Below, piece by piece: positions 47,671-57,022 of a DNA stretch of 64,000 nucleotides. A program made the translations under genes and the position numbers. How positions within the stretch are numbered: position 1 is the stretch's first letter; each line of letters begins with the position of its first letter. The notes beneath the pieces were generated by a model. It searched no databases, had not been told where the DNA came from, and saw nothing but the letters and a program-made list of their open reading frames with translations. Source of the stretch: Candidatus Harrisonbacteria bacterium (GTDB lineage: Bacteria > Patescibacteriota > Minisyncoccia > UBA6257 > WO2-44-18); contig JACOXP010000007.1 in assembly GCA_016182295.1 (NCBI GenBank), positions 11,457 to 75,456 of the forward strand. Reading direction: 5' to 3'.

Positions 47671-48198
47671 TTAGCGAGATTGATTTAGGGCGAAGCGTCG
47701 CATTTTCATTTTTCGTTCTAAGCACGGTACATAAAAAGCGAGTATTTCCAACGGAGTTGCTATGCAATATTGCCTTATTTTTTCTTTAGTGGGTCTGTCA
47801 AAATTATACCCTGAAACAGTTATTCTATTGCTAAAAATCCTTTTAGCTAAGAATCTTACTTTAAATTTTCTGATACTATCGCAAAAAATTTTTAACGGAA
47901 AACTGTTCTGGCTAAGTTTCTGCAAAAGCTCGGCGGTAAAACGTAAATTGTCATGGGTGGTAACTGCTTCGTCTTCGCAGATAATCGGCTGCTGCACGCC
48001 AAGCCGATGAAGATAATTTTTCATTAACATCGCCTCACAAACCCCGGGGGCAGTTTTTTGATTAGTATAGCCGCCGCTGGTTATTACGAGACCAACAGAA
48101 GAACCGGCAGAGGCGAGATGTTGAACAACAAATTGCAGAAAATTCTTTAAATCTTTTGTTAAATGACAGCCATACCCGCAAATTAGGACATTTTCCAC
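47671..48198 (-). CDS. YdcF/DUF218-like protein
   Basis: ITSGG.T......EA..M..YL...GV....I.CED.A.TT.DN. Confidence 0.75.
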   Translation of the reverse strand: MENVLICGYGCHLTKDLKNFLQFVVQHLASAGSSVGLVITSGGYTNQKTAPGVCEAMLMKNYLHRLGVQQPIICEDEAVTTHDNLRFTAELLQKLSQNSFPLKIFCDSIRKFKVRFLAKRIFSNRITVSGYNFDRPTKEKIRQYCIATPLEILAFYVPCLERKMKMRRFALNQSR

Positions 48199-48259
48199 CG
48201 CATCCTCCTTTGAAATAGCTGTGGGAAATTATACACCATCCAATTTGTAATTTGCAAGT

Positions 48260-48925
48260 TTAATCCTGAAGAGCCTCTTGGATAATTTCCCGTACCTCTA
48301 TAGCTGCTATCCAAGAACTATCAAATCTATTAATTAATAGGTTACTAACATTAGCGTAACTCTTTCTTAGAAATCTTAACGCCGCAATGAGACCCTCTTG
48401 GTCTTTATTTGTTCCTCTTTGATAAGACCGCAGGAGGTCGTAAACAACATGCGGTTCGCATTTTGGAGCGGGGACTCCACTTGCTATTGCCACAAATGCC
48501 ACGACTGTAATTCTGTCATCACGAATGGCGGCAATGACTCTTTTCATGCCATCTAAAACTTTATACTTTTCCTCATCAAGCCTCACAAGAATTGGAACTT
48601 CATCAAATTTTAATTCCGAAAAGAGCCCGGCCACAGTTTTATCTGTCTTTATCAATTCGTGTAATTTACTCGGGGACCGTGCGCCCTTTTTAATGATAAC
48701 CTCGTTCCATTCAGGGTTTGTTCCCGTAAGCCACAAACTATCTACTGTCAGCTCTTCTTTCGTCCACTCAACGTTCTCGTCAGTTATGTAATCTGCAATC
48801 CAGTTCATTGCCGCACTGCAGTTGGTTAGTAGTTGCTCTACTGGGTCTTGATAATTCTGAACTTTTTCGCGCATTTGCTTTGCCAAGCCATTCAAAAATC
48901 CTTTGTCGGGGAAGTTAGTGTTCAT
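48260..48925 (-). CDS. ParB/Sulfiredoxin-like domain protein
   Basis: PILVR...KYKVLDGMKRVIAA (DG-H-R with His replaced). Confidence 0.6.
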   Translation of the reverse strand: MNTNFPDKGFLNGLAKQMREKVQNYQDPVEQLLTNCSAAMNWIADYITDENVEWTKEELTVDSLWLTGTNPEWNEVIIKKGARSPSKLHELIKTDKTVAGLFSELKFDEVPILVRLDEEKYKVLDGMKRVIAAIRDDRITVVAFVAIASGVPAPKCEPHVVYDLLRSYQRGTNKDQEGLIAALRFLRKSYANVSNLLINRFDSSWIAAIEVREIIQEALQD

Positions 48926-48987
48926 ATCTCAAGTATACCAAATACCGAACTTGGCTACTCCAACAGAGCTGACCGAAGGGCTGCTCA

Positions 48988-49335
48988 TTATTTTTGACTA
49001 TTTATTAAACCCAATAACATTTTTGAAAGCGTTTCGTATTTTTTGTAAAATTCATTGAATTGCGTTTGGGTAATTTGTTTTTCTTCCAAAATAAGTTCCA
49101 GCAAGGAAACGCACTCATAAGTAGAGCCTCTGGCGGTAGTATAAAAACTTCTTTTATCCGCTTTGGAGAATTTTCCACTCCCCTCGGCAATATTGATTAC
49201 AATGCTTATTGATGCTCGCCGCAGTTGGTCGCGGATATAAGAATTAATTTGTTTGTTAACTTGGAGAAAGGATAAAACTTCTTTATTTAACTCTTTCGCC
49301 TTTTTATAAACTTCAAGGTTTTCAAAATCAAACAT
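48988..49335 (-). CDS. Four-helix-bundle protein (23S rRNA IVS protein / Avd-like family)
   Basis: FENLEVYKKA...DQLRRASISIVINIAEGSG...FY.TARGS..EC. Confidence 0.93.
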   Translation of the reverse strand: MFDFENLEVYKKAKELNKEVLSFLQVNKQINSYIRDQLRRASISIVINIAEGSGKFSKADKRSFYTTARGSTYECVSLLELILEEKQITQTQFNEFYKKYETLSKMLLGLINSQK

Positions 49336-49343
49336 TTTTTCTT

Positions 49344-49439
49344 GTAATTAGTGTGTGTAATTAGTAGTTAGGGAAAATTTTTCGTTCTTTAAAATAAAAA
49401 TCTTCCTTGCTCCAAATACTAACTACAAAATACAAATTA
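49344..49439. repeat. Inverted pair of 7-nt tandem arrays upstream of the four-helix-bundle gene
   Basis: GTAATTA-GTGTGT-GTAATTA-GTAGTTA (49344-49370) versus CCAAATA-CTAACTA-CAAAATA-CAAATTA (49412-49439). Confidence 0.7.
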
Positions 49440-49469
49440 CTCAAATTTTGAGCGTAGCGAAAAATTTTG

Positions 49470-49540
49470 CGGGGGTAGTAGGACTTGAACCTACAGTCAC
49501 GGTTTTGGAGACCGTTGGTTTGCCATTAACCGATACCCCC
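49470..49540 (-). tRNA. tRNA-Trp(CCA)
   Basis: GGGGGTA/TACCCCC acceptor, ACGGT-CTCCAAA-ACCGT. Confidence 0.95.
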
Positions 49541-49625
49541 TATTGCGTATATTTTAACAGATTTTTCCAAAAAGTCCACGATAAAAATTGTAAAATCAAG
49601 CAAAATCTGACATAATGCAACTATT

Positions 49626-50270
49626 ATGAAACGTGTTGCCATCTGGTCCTTTGCCATCGCCATCGTTGGCCTGGCTCTGTTCGGTTTGATTAAACTCGGC
49701 ATTAATAGCGCGCCAAATCAATCAGCGTCGCTTATTGACGCTGTCTCTCCGAAGGACTGGGGCAAGGGCGCCGAGGAAGCAAAAGTTGTTTTGGTTGAAT
49801 ACAGCGACTTTCAATGCCCGGCTTGCGGGGCGTATTATCCATTATTGAAACGGCTCAGTCAGGAATTCACCGGTCAGATTAAATTCGTTTATCGCCACTT
49901 TCCCTTAAGCCAAATTCACGCCAACGCCGAACCTGCCGCCCGCGCCGCGGAAGCCTCCGGCAAGCAGGGAAAATTTTGGGAAATGCACGATCTGATTTTC
50001 GAAAATCAGACTAATTGGTCTAATCAAAAAAACGCGGAGGTTGCTTTTATTTCCTACGCTCAATCCCTACAACTCGATATTGAGCGGTTTAAAACCGATT
50101 TGAATTCCCAAGAAGTCAAAGAGTCGGTGGCTAATGATTATCAGAGCGGCATCCGATCAAAAGTTAACGGCACCCCCACCTTCTTCCTAAACGGCCAGAA
50201 AATCCAAAACCCAAGAAGTTATGATGAATTTAAAAACATCATCGAACAAGCCATCAACGCCAATCTCTAA
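49626..50270 (+). CDS. dsbA: DsbA-family thiol:disulfide oxidoreductase
   Basis: EYSDFQCPAC, YRHFPL, GKFWEMHD, GTPTFF. Confidence 0.93.
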   Translation: MKRVAIWSFAIAIVGLALFGLIKLGINSAPNQSASLIDAVSPKDWGKGAEEAKVVLVEYSDFQCPACGAYYPLLKRLSQEFTGQIKFVYRHFPLSQIHANAEPAARAAEASGKQGKFWEMHDLIFENQTNWSNQKNAEVAFISYAQSLQLDIERFKTDLNSQEVKESVANDYQSGIRSKVNGTPTFFLNGQKIQNPRSYDEFKNIIEQAINANL

Positions 50271-50697
50271 ATGGCTGATCGGGGCCCTGACCCTGGTCAG
50301 CTTTGCCGGTTTTCTAGACGCCGTTTATCTCACGACCAAGCATTACCTTGGATCACCGGTCGTCTGCTCAATACTCGAGGGCTGTGAAGTTGTAACTACG
50401 AGCCAATACGCCACTTGGTTCGGAATTCCGGTAGCCTTACCCGGAGCAATTTATTATTTATTGATTTTTCTTTTGACTGTCGCCTATCTTGACGCGAAAA
50501 AAGAACGTTTTTTGCGTTTAGCCGCCTACCTTTCTCCCATAGGATTTCTCGCGTCTCTTTGGTTTTTATATCTTCAACTTTTTGTTATTAAAGCGCTCTG
50601 TCTTTATTGTTTGATATCCGCCCTTACGTCAACCTTGGTGTTTGTTATAGGCGTCATTTTATTAGTAAGATTGAAAAAAAATTTACCAATCTCTTAA
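50221..50697 (+). CDS. Vitamin K epoxide reductase (VKOR) family protein
   Basis: CSILEGCEVV.TS.YA..FGIPVA, CLYC; adjacent to dsbA. Confidence 0.92.
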   Translation: MMNLKTSSNKPSTPISKWLIGALTLVSFAGFLDAVYLTTKHYLGSPVVCSILEGCEVVTTSQYATWFGIPVALPGAIYYLLIFLLTVAYLDAKKERFLRLAAYLSPIGFLASLWFLYLQLFVIKALCLYCLISALTSTLVFVIGVILLVRLKKNLPIS

Positions 50698-51072
50698 AAA
50701 CTCATGGCAAAAGTTAAGCTAGACAAAGATTTATCACCGGAGCTTTATAAAATTCAGTGAAACCATTCCCGAGATGTCTAAAATCCACTCCAGAAAAGCC
50801 ATTGGGCGATCATTCATTCGTTACCTCCTTCTCAATGTGCCACCGTCATCCTACTGTAAATACTCCGAAAAACAAATCGGTTGCTCTTTGTTCGGAAATT
50901 TTGTAGTGTATATTTAGCTTATTGAGAAGGAGGCGGCAGATGGCCAAACGCGTAACTGTTTCCCGCCAAGAGGTTGGGCTTACCGACGAAGGCAAGGTAT
51001 ACGTATAGACTATGATTATATGGACAGCCCAATGGGCGGTCCGGGCTCTATCATAGTCATCAGGAGGATCGC

Positions 51073-51246
51073 ATGAGTAAGAAAAGTGGGAAGAAGAATA
51101 GAGGTGGTGTTAAAAGAGTGAAAGTAGAAGTCATTTGTCCAGAATGCGATGGATTTGGAGGGCACGATATCGCGCAAATATGTCCAACTTGTAACGATGA
51201 AGGAAAGATTTGGATTAGCCGACGAATTAGCCGAAATTCAAAGTAG
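51073..51246 (+). CDS. 57-aa protein with DnaJ-type CxxCxGxG zinc-finger motifs
   Basis: AGGAGG RBS; CPECDGFG...CPTCNDEG (manual translation). Confidence 0.55.
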   Translation: MSKKSGKKNRGGVKRVKVEVICPECDGFGGHDIAQICPTCNDEGKIWISRRISRNSK

Positions 51247-51670
51247 AAACACCCGCTCCCTAAAGAGCGCAAAAAGCTCCGACACGATGTCGGAGTTTTA
51301 AATTTTCTAGCGAGCTCACGCGAAAATTTATTTTCGTGATGAACGAGTGACGAAAATTCAAGAATCAAATTGCTAAGTTTTAGACTATCACGAACGAAGA
51401 ACGCGTGTCTACAAAAATAAAAAAGCCCCGAGACCGAAGTCTCGGGGGGCCTTTATTACTCCACCGATGTGGCCAGCATCGATGAGCCAAGCTGTTCAGC
51501 TCTTTCCACATCCGCTCGGCGATGTCGGAAAGACTCAGCTGTTATTCCTCCCCAAATCCGCTGAGCGATTTTGCGGGGAGACCTAGCTGTTGTTCAACCG
51601 CCGCCAGCAAGCCCGCTAGGCGACTTGCTGACGTACTGCTTGTGCCGCAACATAAGCCGTACGCAAAGAG

Positions 51671-51850
51671 CTACTCGCGATAGCGATACTGACATTCCTG
51701 CGTTAGGTATGACGACTTACATTCTCCGCACCACACCAATTTGTCGCCGTCGCTGTCGATGTACGCTACAGCCAGATGGTCGCTCGGGCAAATGAAATCG
51801 TATGTTGCGTAGATGTCAGCCTTCTTGACTTCCCGTCCTTCAATACGCAT
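51671..51850 (-). CDS. 59-aa Cys-containing hypothetical, possibly the 5' part of a decayed gene
   Basis: AAGGAGGAG RBS; MRIEGREVKK...CPSDH...CGEC; frame stays open about 44 codons past the TAG. Confidence 0.4.
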   Translation of the reverse strand: MRIEGREVKKADIYATYDFICPSDHLAVAYIDSDGDKLVWCGECKSSYLTQECQYRYRE

Positions 51851-51922
51851 ATCTCTTCTCCTCCTTTTGAAAAAGAACCTTCTGTCAATTATACACCACG
51901 ATCACCCATTTTGTCAAGAAAA

Positions 51923-53734
51923 TTAATCAGATTCCTTTTTGATTTTCTTGCGATTGTTTTCCGATAAAAGGGTTTTTCGGATTCGGATATTCTTAGGTGT
52001 AATTTCGACTAACTCGTCTTCACCAATGTAATCAATGGCGTCTTCCAAGCTCATTGACTTGGGCACGTCCAATTTTTCTTGCACCCCGAAGTTTTTGGTG
52101 CGGAAGTTGGTCAACTCTTTGGCCTTGCAGGTATTAACCAAAATGTCGTGATCCTTGGCATTTTCGCCAACAACCATGCCTTCGTAAACATCAACTCCGG
52201 GAGCGATAAAAAGCTGACCGCGGCTCTGGGCGTTAATAAGCCCGTAGCTGTTGGAAATTCCGGTCTCGGAAGAGATGAGCGACCCATGGGGATTGCCGCT
52301 GAATTCGCCCTTATATTCCTCATATCCTAAAAAAATGCTATTCATTATTCCCCGCCCGCGAGTGCTGGTTAAAAATTCGTTTCGAAAACCAATCAGCGCC
52401 CGAGTCGGAACCGCGAAATCGGCGAATAAGTGGCCGTGATCTATTTTCATATCCTTCATTAAGCCGAGCCGTTTCCCCATCATTTCTATTACAACACCAG
52501 AAAATTCCTCCGGCGCTTCAATGGACACAAGTTCCATCGGTTCCATATTTTTCCTATCAACTGTTTTAAAAATAACCTGCGGCTTGGATACCTCCAGTTC
52601 GTAACCCTCACGACGCATTCTCTCTATGAGAATAGAGAGGTGTAATTCTCCCCGACCCGCGACAGTCCAACGATCCGGTGAAGCGGTTGGGGTTACCCGC
52701 AAAGCCACGTCCGCGTCAATGGCTTTTTCCAAACGTTCACGCAAATTTCTCGAGGTGGTGTATTCGCCCTCGCGTCCGGAAAACGGAGAGGTGTTTACCC
52801 CGAAAGTCATTTTAATGGTCGGCTCTTCAATCTCTAACACCGGAAGAGCTTCTGGTCTTTCCGCGTCGGCTATGGTTTCCCCGATAGTAATGTCGTCAAT
52901 TCCGGCAATCGCGACTATGTCGCCGGGCATCGCTTCATCGACGTCAATCCTGTTCAAGCCGTCAAACAGCATTATCGAAGTAAGCTGCGATTTTTTAATT
53001 TCTCCGGAACGGTTAATATGGGCTATCTGCATACCCTTTTTCAAAATACCGGAATAAAGCCGACCAATCGCGATTTTTCCTTTGTAATTATCATAAATCA
53101 AATTAACCGCCAGCATTTGCAATGGTTTGCCATCGTTAATTTTCGGCGCCGGTATATGCTTTAGAATCGCGTCAAAGAGCGGTTGAATATCCGTCATTTT
53201 ACCCAAATCAAAATCGAGACCGGCCTTTCCTTGCATGGCCGAAGCGTAAATGACCGGGAAGTTTGTCTGATCATCATTCGCGCCCAGCTCCACAAAAAGA
53301 TCAAAAGTCTGATTCAAAGTCCAATCCGGCCGCGCTCCCGATTTATCAATTTTGTTTATAACTACAATCACCTTGTGGCCGGCCTGAATCGCTTTCCGCA
53401 AAACAAATTTTGTCTGCGGCATGGGCCCTTCTTTCGCGTCAACCAGAAGTAAAACCCCGTCAACCATGCTCATAATTCGCTCTACCTCGCCGCCAAAATC
53501 GGCATGGCCCGGCGTGTCCACGATATTTATTTTCGTGTTTTTATACCGAACCGCGGCATTTTTTGAAAAAATAGTAATACCCCGCTCTCTTTCGAGTTCG
53601 TTGGAATCCATTATTAAATCTTTCGGACCGTCGGTTTTTAACTTAAAACTCTCCGATTGTTTTAAAAGGGAGTCCACCAAGGTGGTCTTGCCGTGGTCAA
53701 CGTGAGCGATAATAGCAATGTTGCGAATATCCAT
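51923..53734 (-). CDS. typA: Translational GTPase TypA/BipA
   Basis: AHVDHGKTTLVD, ERERGITI, DTPGHADFGGEVER, NKID, GRGELHL, VEITPKNIRIRK. Confidence 0.98.
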   Translation of the reverse strand: MDIRNIAIIAHVDHGKTTLVDSLLKQSESFKLKTDGPKDLIMDSNELERERGITIFSKNAAVRYKNTKINIVDTPGHADFGGEVERIMSMVDGVLLLVDAKEGPMPQTKFVLRKAIQAGHKVIVVINKIDKSGARPDWTLNQTFDLFVELGANDDQTNFPVIYASAMQGKAGLDFDLGKMTDIQPLFDAILKHIPAPKINDGKPLQMLAVNLIYDNYKGKIAIGRLYSGILKKGMQIAHINRSGEIKKSQLTSIMLFDGLNRIDVDEAMPGDIVAIAGIDDITIGETIADAERPEALPVLEIEEPTIKMTFGVNTSPFSGREGEYTTSRNLRERLEKAIDADVALRVTPTASPDRWTVAGRGELHLSILIERMRREGYELEVSKPQVIFKTVDRKNMEPMELVSIEAPEEFSGVVIEMMGKRLGLMKDMKIDHGHLFADFAVPTRALIGFRNEFLTSTRGRGIMNSIFLGYEEYKGEFSGNPHGSLISSETGISNSYGLINAQSRGQLFIAPGVDVYEGMVVGENAKDHDILVNTCKAKELTNFRTKNFGVQEKLDVPKSMSLEDAIDYIGEDELVEITPKNIRIRKTLLSENNRKKIKKESD

Positions 53735-53990
53735 AGAAACGTACTAAAAATTAACACAAAAATTATCTAAAGTCAAATAATCCCATCTTTAGACGAGATT
53801 ATCGTTTAGCTTCTTTGTGAATCGTATGTTTACGACACCAGGGGCAGTGCTTTTTAAACTCCAGTTTGCGGTCAACGGTTTTTTTATTCTTGTGCGAGTA
53901 AAAATTAATACGGTTGCAAACCGAACATTTTAACTTAATAAGATTGGCGCCAAACTTTGACGGCATGACAAATAGGATAACCTATTGCCG

Positions 53991-55763
53991 TTAATTTTGC
54001 AAATTACTGATATTGTTTTTAACTTTTCCGCGAACGCGGAAAAAGAAATAAGTAAGAAACAGAAGTGACAATAGAATAATCGCCGAAAGGAAAATTGATG
54101 CCTGCGCGTAACTGACTCCCATCACGCCGAGTAAAGAGCTTGTCAAAACGGCGTTGAATGTTTTTGGATCGGACCATAAATAGCTGTTGCCTTGAGCAAC
54201 GCCGGCTTTCACCTGCCACTTGCCCGGAGGCAATCCCAGATCTTTCGCGATTGACCATTCCCCCGCTTTATCGCTTTTAACCTCAACGCTTAGCGTTTCT
54301 TCGCCGTTTTCGTTAATGAAAACCAAACTGACCGCGCTATCGGCTTCGGCGGTGCCCGACAAGTAAAAAATTTCTTCTTCCGGATAATAAACGGGCGGGG
54401 CTATTGAGATAGACGGCGGAGATGCCGCGTTGACAATGCCGGGCAATAAAAACCCTGAAAACAAAGCAATGGCCAGAAACACAGCCGTTGGCGGTTTGCG
54501 GAAAGAGTTAATTAATTTCTTCCAATCATCCCGCAGGGCGTAATAAATACGACCGCGATGCAAACGCATCAAACCCAATGAAATCGCGCCGATTAATAAA
54601 GCCAAGGATCCCAAAAAGGCCGCGACCCATTTCCAGGGAACAAGAAATCTTCCCAAATCCACTCCATCCGGGCCCACAAAACGATAAATTGGTCTTACTA
54701 TGCTTAAAGTCACGAATTCTTCTCGAAAATTACCGACTTTGTCCACTGCTTTTATAATAATATGGTATCGGCCAACGTCAAGATTGCTTAAAGCGTAAGG
54801 CGAGAATGCCTCAAAAAATAGCGATCCCTCATCCTGATCATCCTGCGTCAGATTGACGATCTTTAATTCAAAATGGTCCAACCCGGATAATTTATCAAAC
54901 GCCGCGAATTGCAGAATAATATCCTTTTGAGAAGTTCTCGCGTCGGGAACAACTTCAATGTCGAAAGATTCCGGAGGACTGACGTCTATTTTTGCGGCGA
55001 AGTGCGAAACGCCGCTCCACACGCCTTGCGCTTTTTGCCTTAAGTGCAGATACCAAATGCCGCTTTCCAAATCGGAAAATGAAACCGAATTTGCTTTCGT
55101 ATCACTAACCGCGTCGGGGAAACCCGATGAATCCTGATCAAAGGAATAACTAAAATCCTCAACCAGCGGATTTCTGTCCCAGCTTAAAATTATCGTCGAG
55201 TCGCGATTCCATTCGTTCGGATCCGGATGAGTTGATGAGAAGATTTGGGGACCCAGCGGAGCAGCCACGTTAAAATTGAAAAAGGCGGGCGCGGTCTGCC
55301 CTAAAGCATCAGTGGATGGTGATTGGCTGGTAAATACCCGCGTATTTTGCCCGAACCGGATTTCTCCGCTTCCGGGAGCAATTATCCTGAAGGTGAAAGT
55401 CAGGACGACTCCTTTCGAAACAGTCGTTCCCGGACTGGGCATATTGCCGGAGAAATAGATTCTGCCTTCACGATTGGAAAATGACGGTGGGACAATCCAG
55501 TCCTGAATTAAGGACTGGCCGATGGATGGTCCGGAAAGCTGAATTTTATCTTGGGGGAAAAAGAGTTCCACTTCCAACCCGCTAACTACCTGTTCTTTGG
55601 TGTCCAATAAAATTGAGAGGTCAAAAGTACTGCCGACAATAAACGACCCGCTGGGTGGGCTTAATAATAAAGTTGGGGAAGCCGCTCGCGCGGGATTAAT
55701 CGAGAGAAATAGAAATAGAACTGCAAATAAGAGAGAGAGAGAGAGAGGAAAAGTTTTTTTCAT
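53991..55763 (-). CDS. Cohesin-domain surface protein, paralog 3 (extra Ig-like domain and TM)
   Basis: Signal peptide, L.LSP.SGSF.VG.TF.LSI.LDT cohesin-like start, SSTHPD...W, GIWY.HLR, GRYH...A.DK.GN, TM. Confidence 0.75.
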   Translation of the reverse strand: MKKTFPLSLSLLFAVLFLFLSINPARAASPTLLLSPPSGSFIVGSTFDLSILLDTKEQVVSGLEVELFFPQDKIQLSGPSIGQSLIQDWIVPPSFSNREGRIYFSGNMPSPGTTVSKGVVLTFTFRIIAPGSGEIRFGQNTRVFTSQSPSTDALGQTAPAFFNFNVAAPLGPQIFSSTHPDPNEWNRDSTIILSWDRNPLVEDFSYSFDQDSSGFPDAVSDTKANSVSFSDLESGIWYLHLRQKAQGVWSGVSHFAAKIDVSPPESFDIEVVPDARTSQKDIILQFAAFDKLSGLDHFELKIVNLTQDDQDEGSLFFEAFSPYALSNLDVGRYHIIIKAVDKVGNFREEFVTLSIVRPIYRFVGPDGVDLGRFLVPWKWVAAFLGSLALLIGAISLGLMRLHRGRIYYALRDDWKKLINSFRKPPTAVFLAIALFSGFLLPGIVNAASPPSISIAPPVYYPEEEIFYLSGTAEADSAVSLVFINENGEETLSVEVKSDKAGEWSIAKDLGLPPGKWQVKAGVAQGNSYLWSDPKTFNAVLTSSLLGVMGVSYAQASIFLSAIILLSLLFLTYFFFRVRGKVKNNISNLQN

Positions 55764-55771
55764 TGTTGTGT

Positions 55772-57016
55772 TCAGCCATGATTTTTTTTCTTTTTGCCGT
55801 GAAAAGGCCTGGCTGATTTAATAATATCATTCTTAATATGATGTTTTATATGAGCGCGGTGATTTTTGTAAATCCACAAAACCATTACAAGCAAAATTAA
55901 AGCCAAACCGCCCAAAACCAGCAAAATCATTAGCTCTAAGCCGTCAGCGCCAACCAATTCATAAGCGGGATCAACGATAGTAATGGTTACTAACTGGTCC
56001 GCTCGATTCCCCGCCCGGTCAAAAGCCCTGACAATAACGTGGTATCGGCCAATGTCTAAATTCGAAAGAAAATAGGGGGAATCAACGTTAAAAAACAAAG
56101 GATCTTCAATGCTTCCCAAATTTAACGGCACTAGTTTAAACTCGTAATGATCTAGGCCGGATAAAGAATCCGCCGCGGAAAATTCTACGATTAAATTACG
56201 TTCAGCGGTACGTTTGTCCGGCGAAACCGCTACTTTAAAATCGGAAGGCGGATTTTTGTCTATTCGAATCGTGAAGTGGGAAACGCCGCCCCACACTTCT
56301 TTCACTTTTTGACGAAGATGAAAATACCAAACGCCGCTTTCCAGATCGGAAAAAGAAGCGAAAGTTTCGCTGGTTTCGCTGATAGAGTCCGGAAAACCGG
56401 AAGGGTCGTGATCCAGAGAATAACTGAACCCATCGGCTAAGGAATCTTTAACCCAAGTAAAATTCACCGTCGAATCGCGATACCAGTTTTCCAAATTGGG
56501 ATGGGTGGGGGAAACTATTTCAGGGCCGATTGACGGCGTGGGGTTTAGCGTCAGAAAAGCCGGAACGGTCTGGCCAAGAATATCGGCTGGCAAGCCATCG
56601 CCGGCGAATACCCGCGATTTTTTGCCAAATTCAATTTGAGCGCTGCCGGGCGCGATCACCCGAAAATTCAAGGTTAAAACAACGCCGTTGGAAGTCCGAA
56701 TTCCTGGGTTTTGCGTATCGCCGGACAAATAAATCCTGCCTTCGCGGTTGGAAAAAGACGGCTGGGTCGTCCAGGATTGAATTAAAGACCGACCAACCGA
56801 CGGGTTGGCAAGTTGCAGTTTATCGGGGGGGAAAAAGAGTTCCACTTCCAATCCGCTAACCACCCGTCCTTTGGTGTCCAATAAAATTGAAAGATCGAAA
56901 GTACTGCCGACAATAAACGACCCGCTGGTCGGGCTAAGCAATAAAGCCGGGGACGCCGCCCACGTCGTATTGAGAGAAAAAAAAAAGAAAAATCCTAGAA
57001 ATAAAGCATGAGCCAT
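55772..57016 (-). CDS. Cohesin-domain surface protein, paralog 2
   Basis: Same domain series; long stretches of DNA identity with paralog 3. Confidence 0.75.
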   Translation of the reverse strand: MAHALFLGFFFFFSLNTTWAASPALLLSPTSGSFIVGSTFDLSILLDTKGRVVSGLEVELFFPPDKLQLANPSVGRSLIQSWTTQPSFSNREGRIYLSGDTQNPGIRTSNGVVLTLNFRVIAPGSAQIEFGKKSRVFAGDGLPADILGQTVPAFLTLNPTPSIGPEIVSPTHPNLENWYRDSTVNFTWVKDSLADGFSYSLDHDPSGFPDSISETSETFASFSDLESGVWYFHLRQKVKEVWGGVSHFTIRIDKNPPSDFKVAVSPDKRTAERNLIVEFSAADSLSGLDHYEFKLVPLNLGSIEDPLFFNVDSPYFLSNLDIGRYHVIVRAFDRAGNRADQLVTITIVDPAYELVGADGLELMILLVLGGLALILLVMVLWIYKNHRAHIKHHIKNDIIKSARPFHGKKKKNHG

Positions 57017-57022
57017 AATTCA

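Noticed and set aside
48988-49335. Diversity-generating retroelement suggested by the Avd-like fold
   Set aside because: No reverse transcriptase and no TR/VR pair with adenine-specific mismatches seen in the window.
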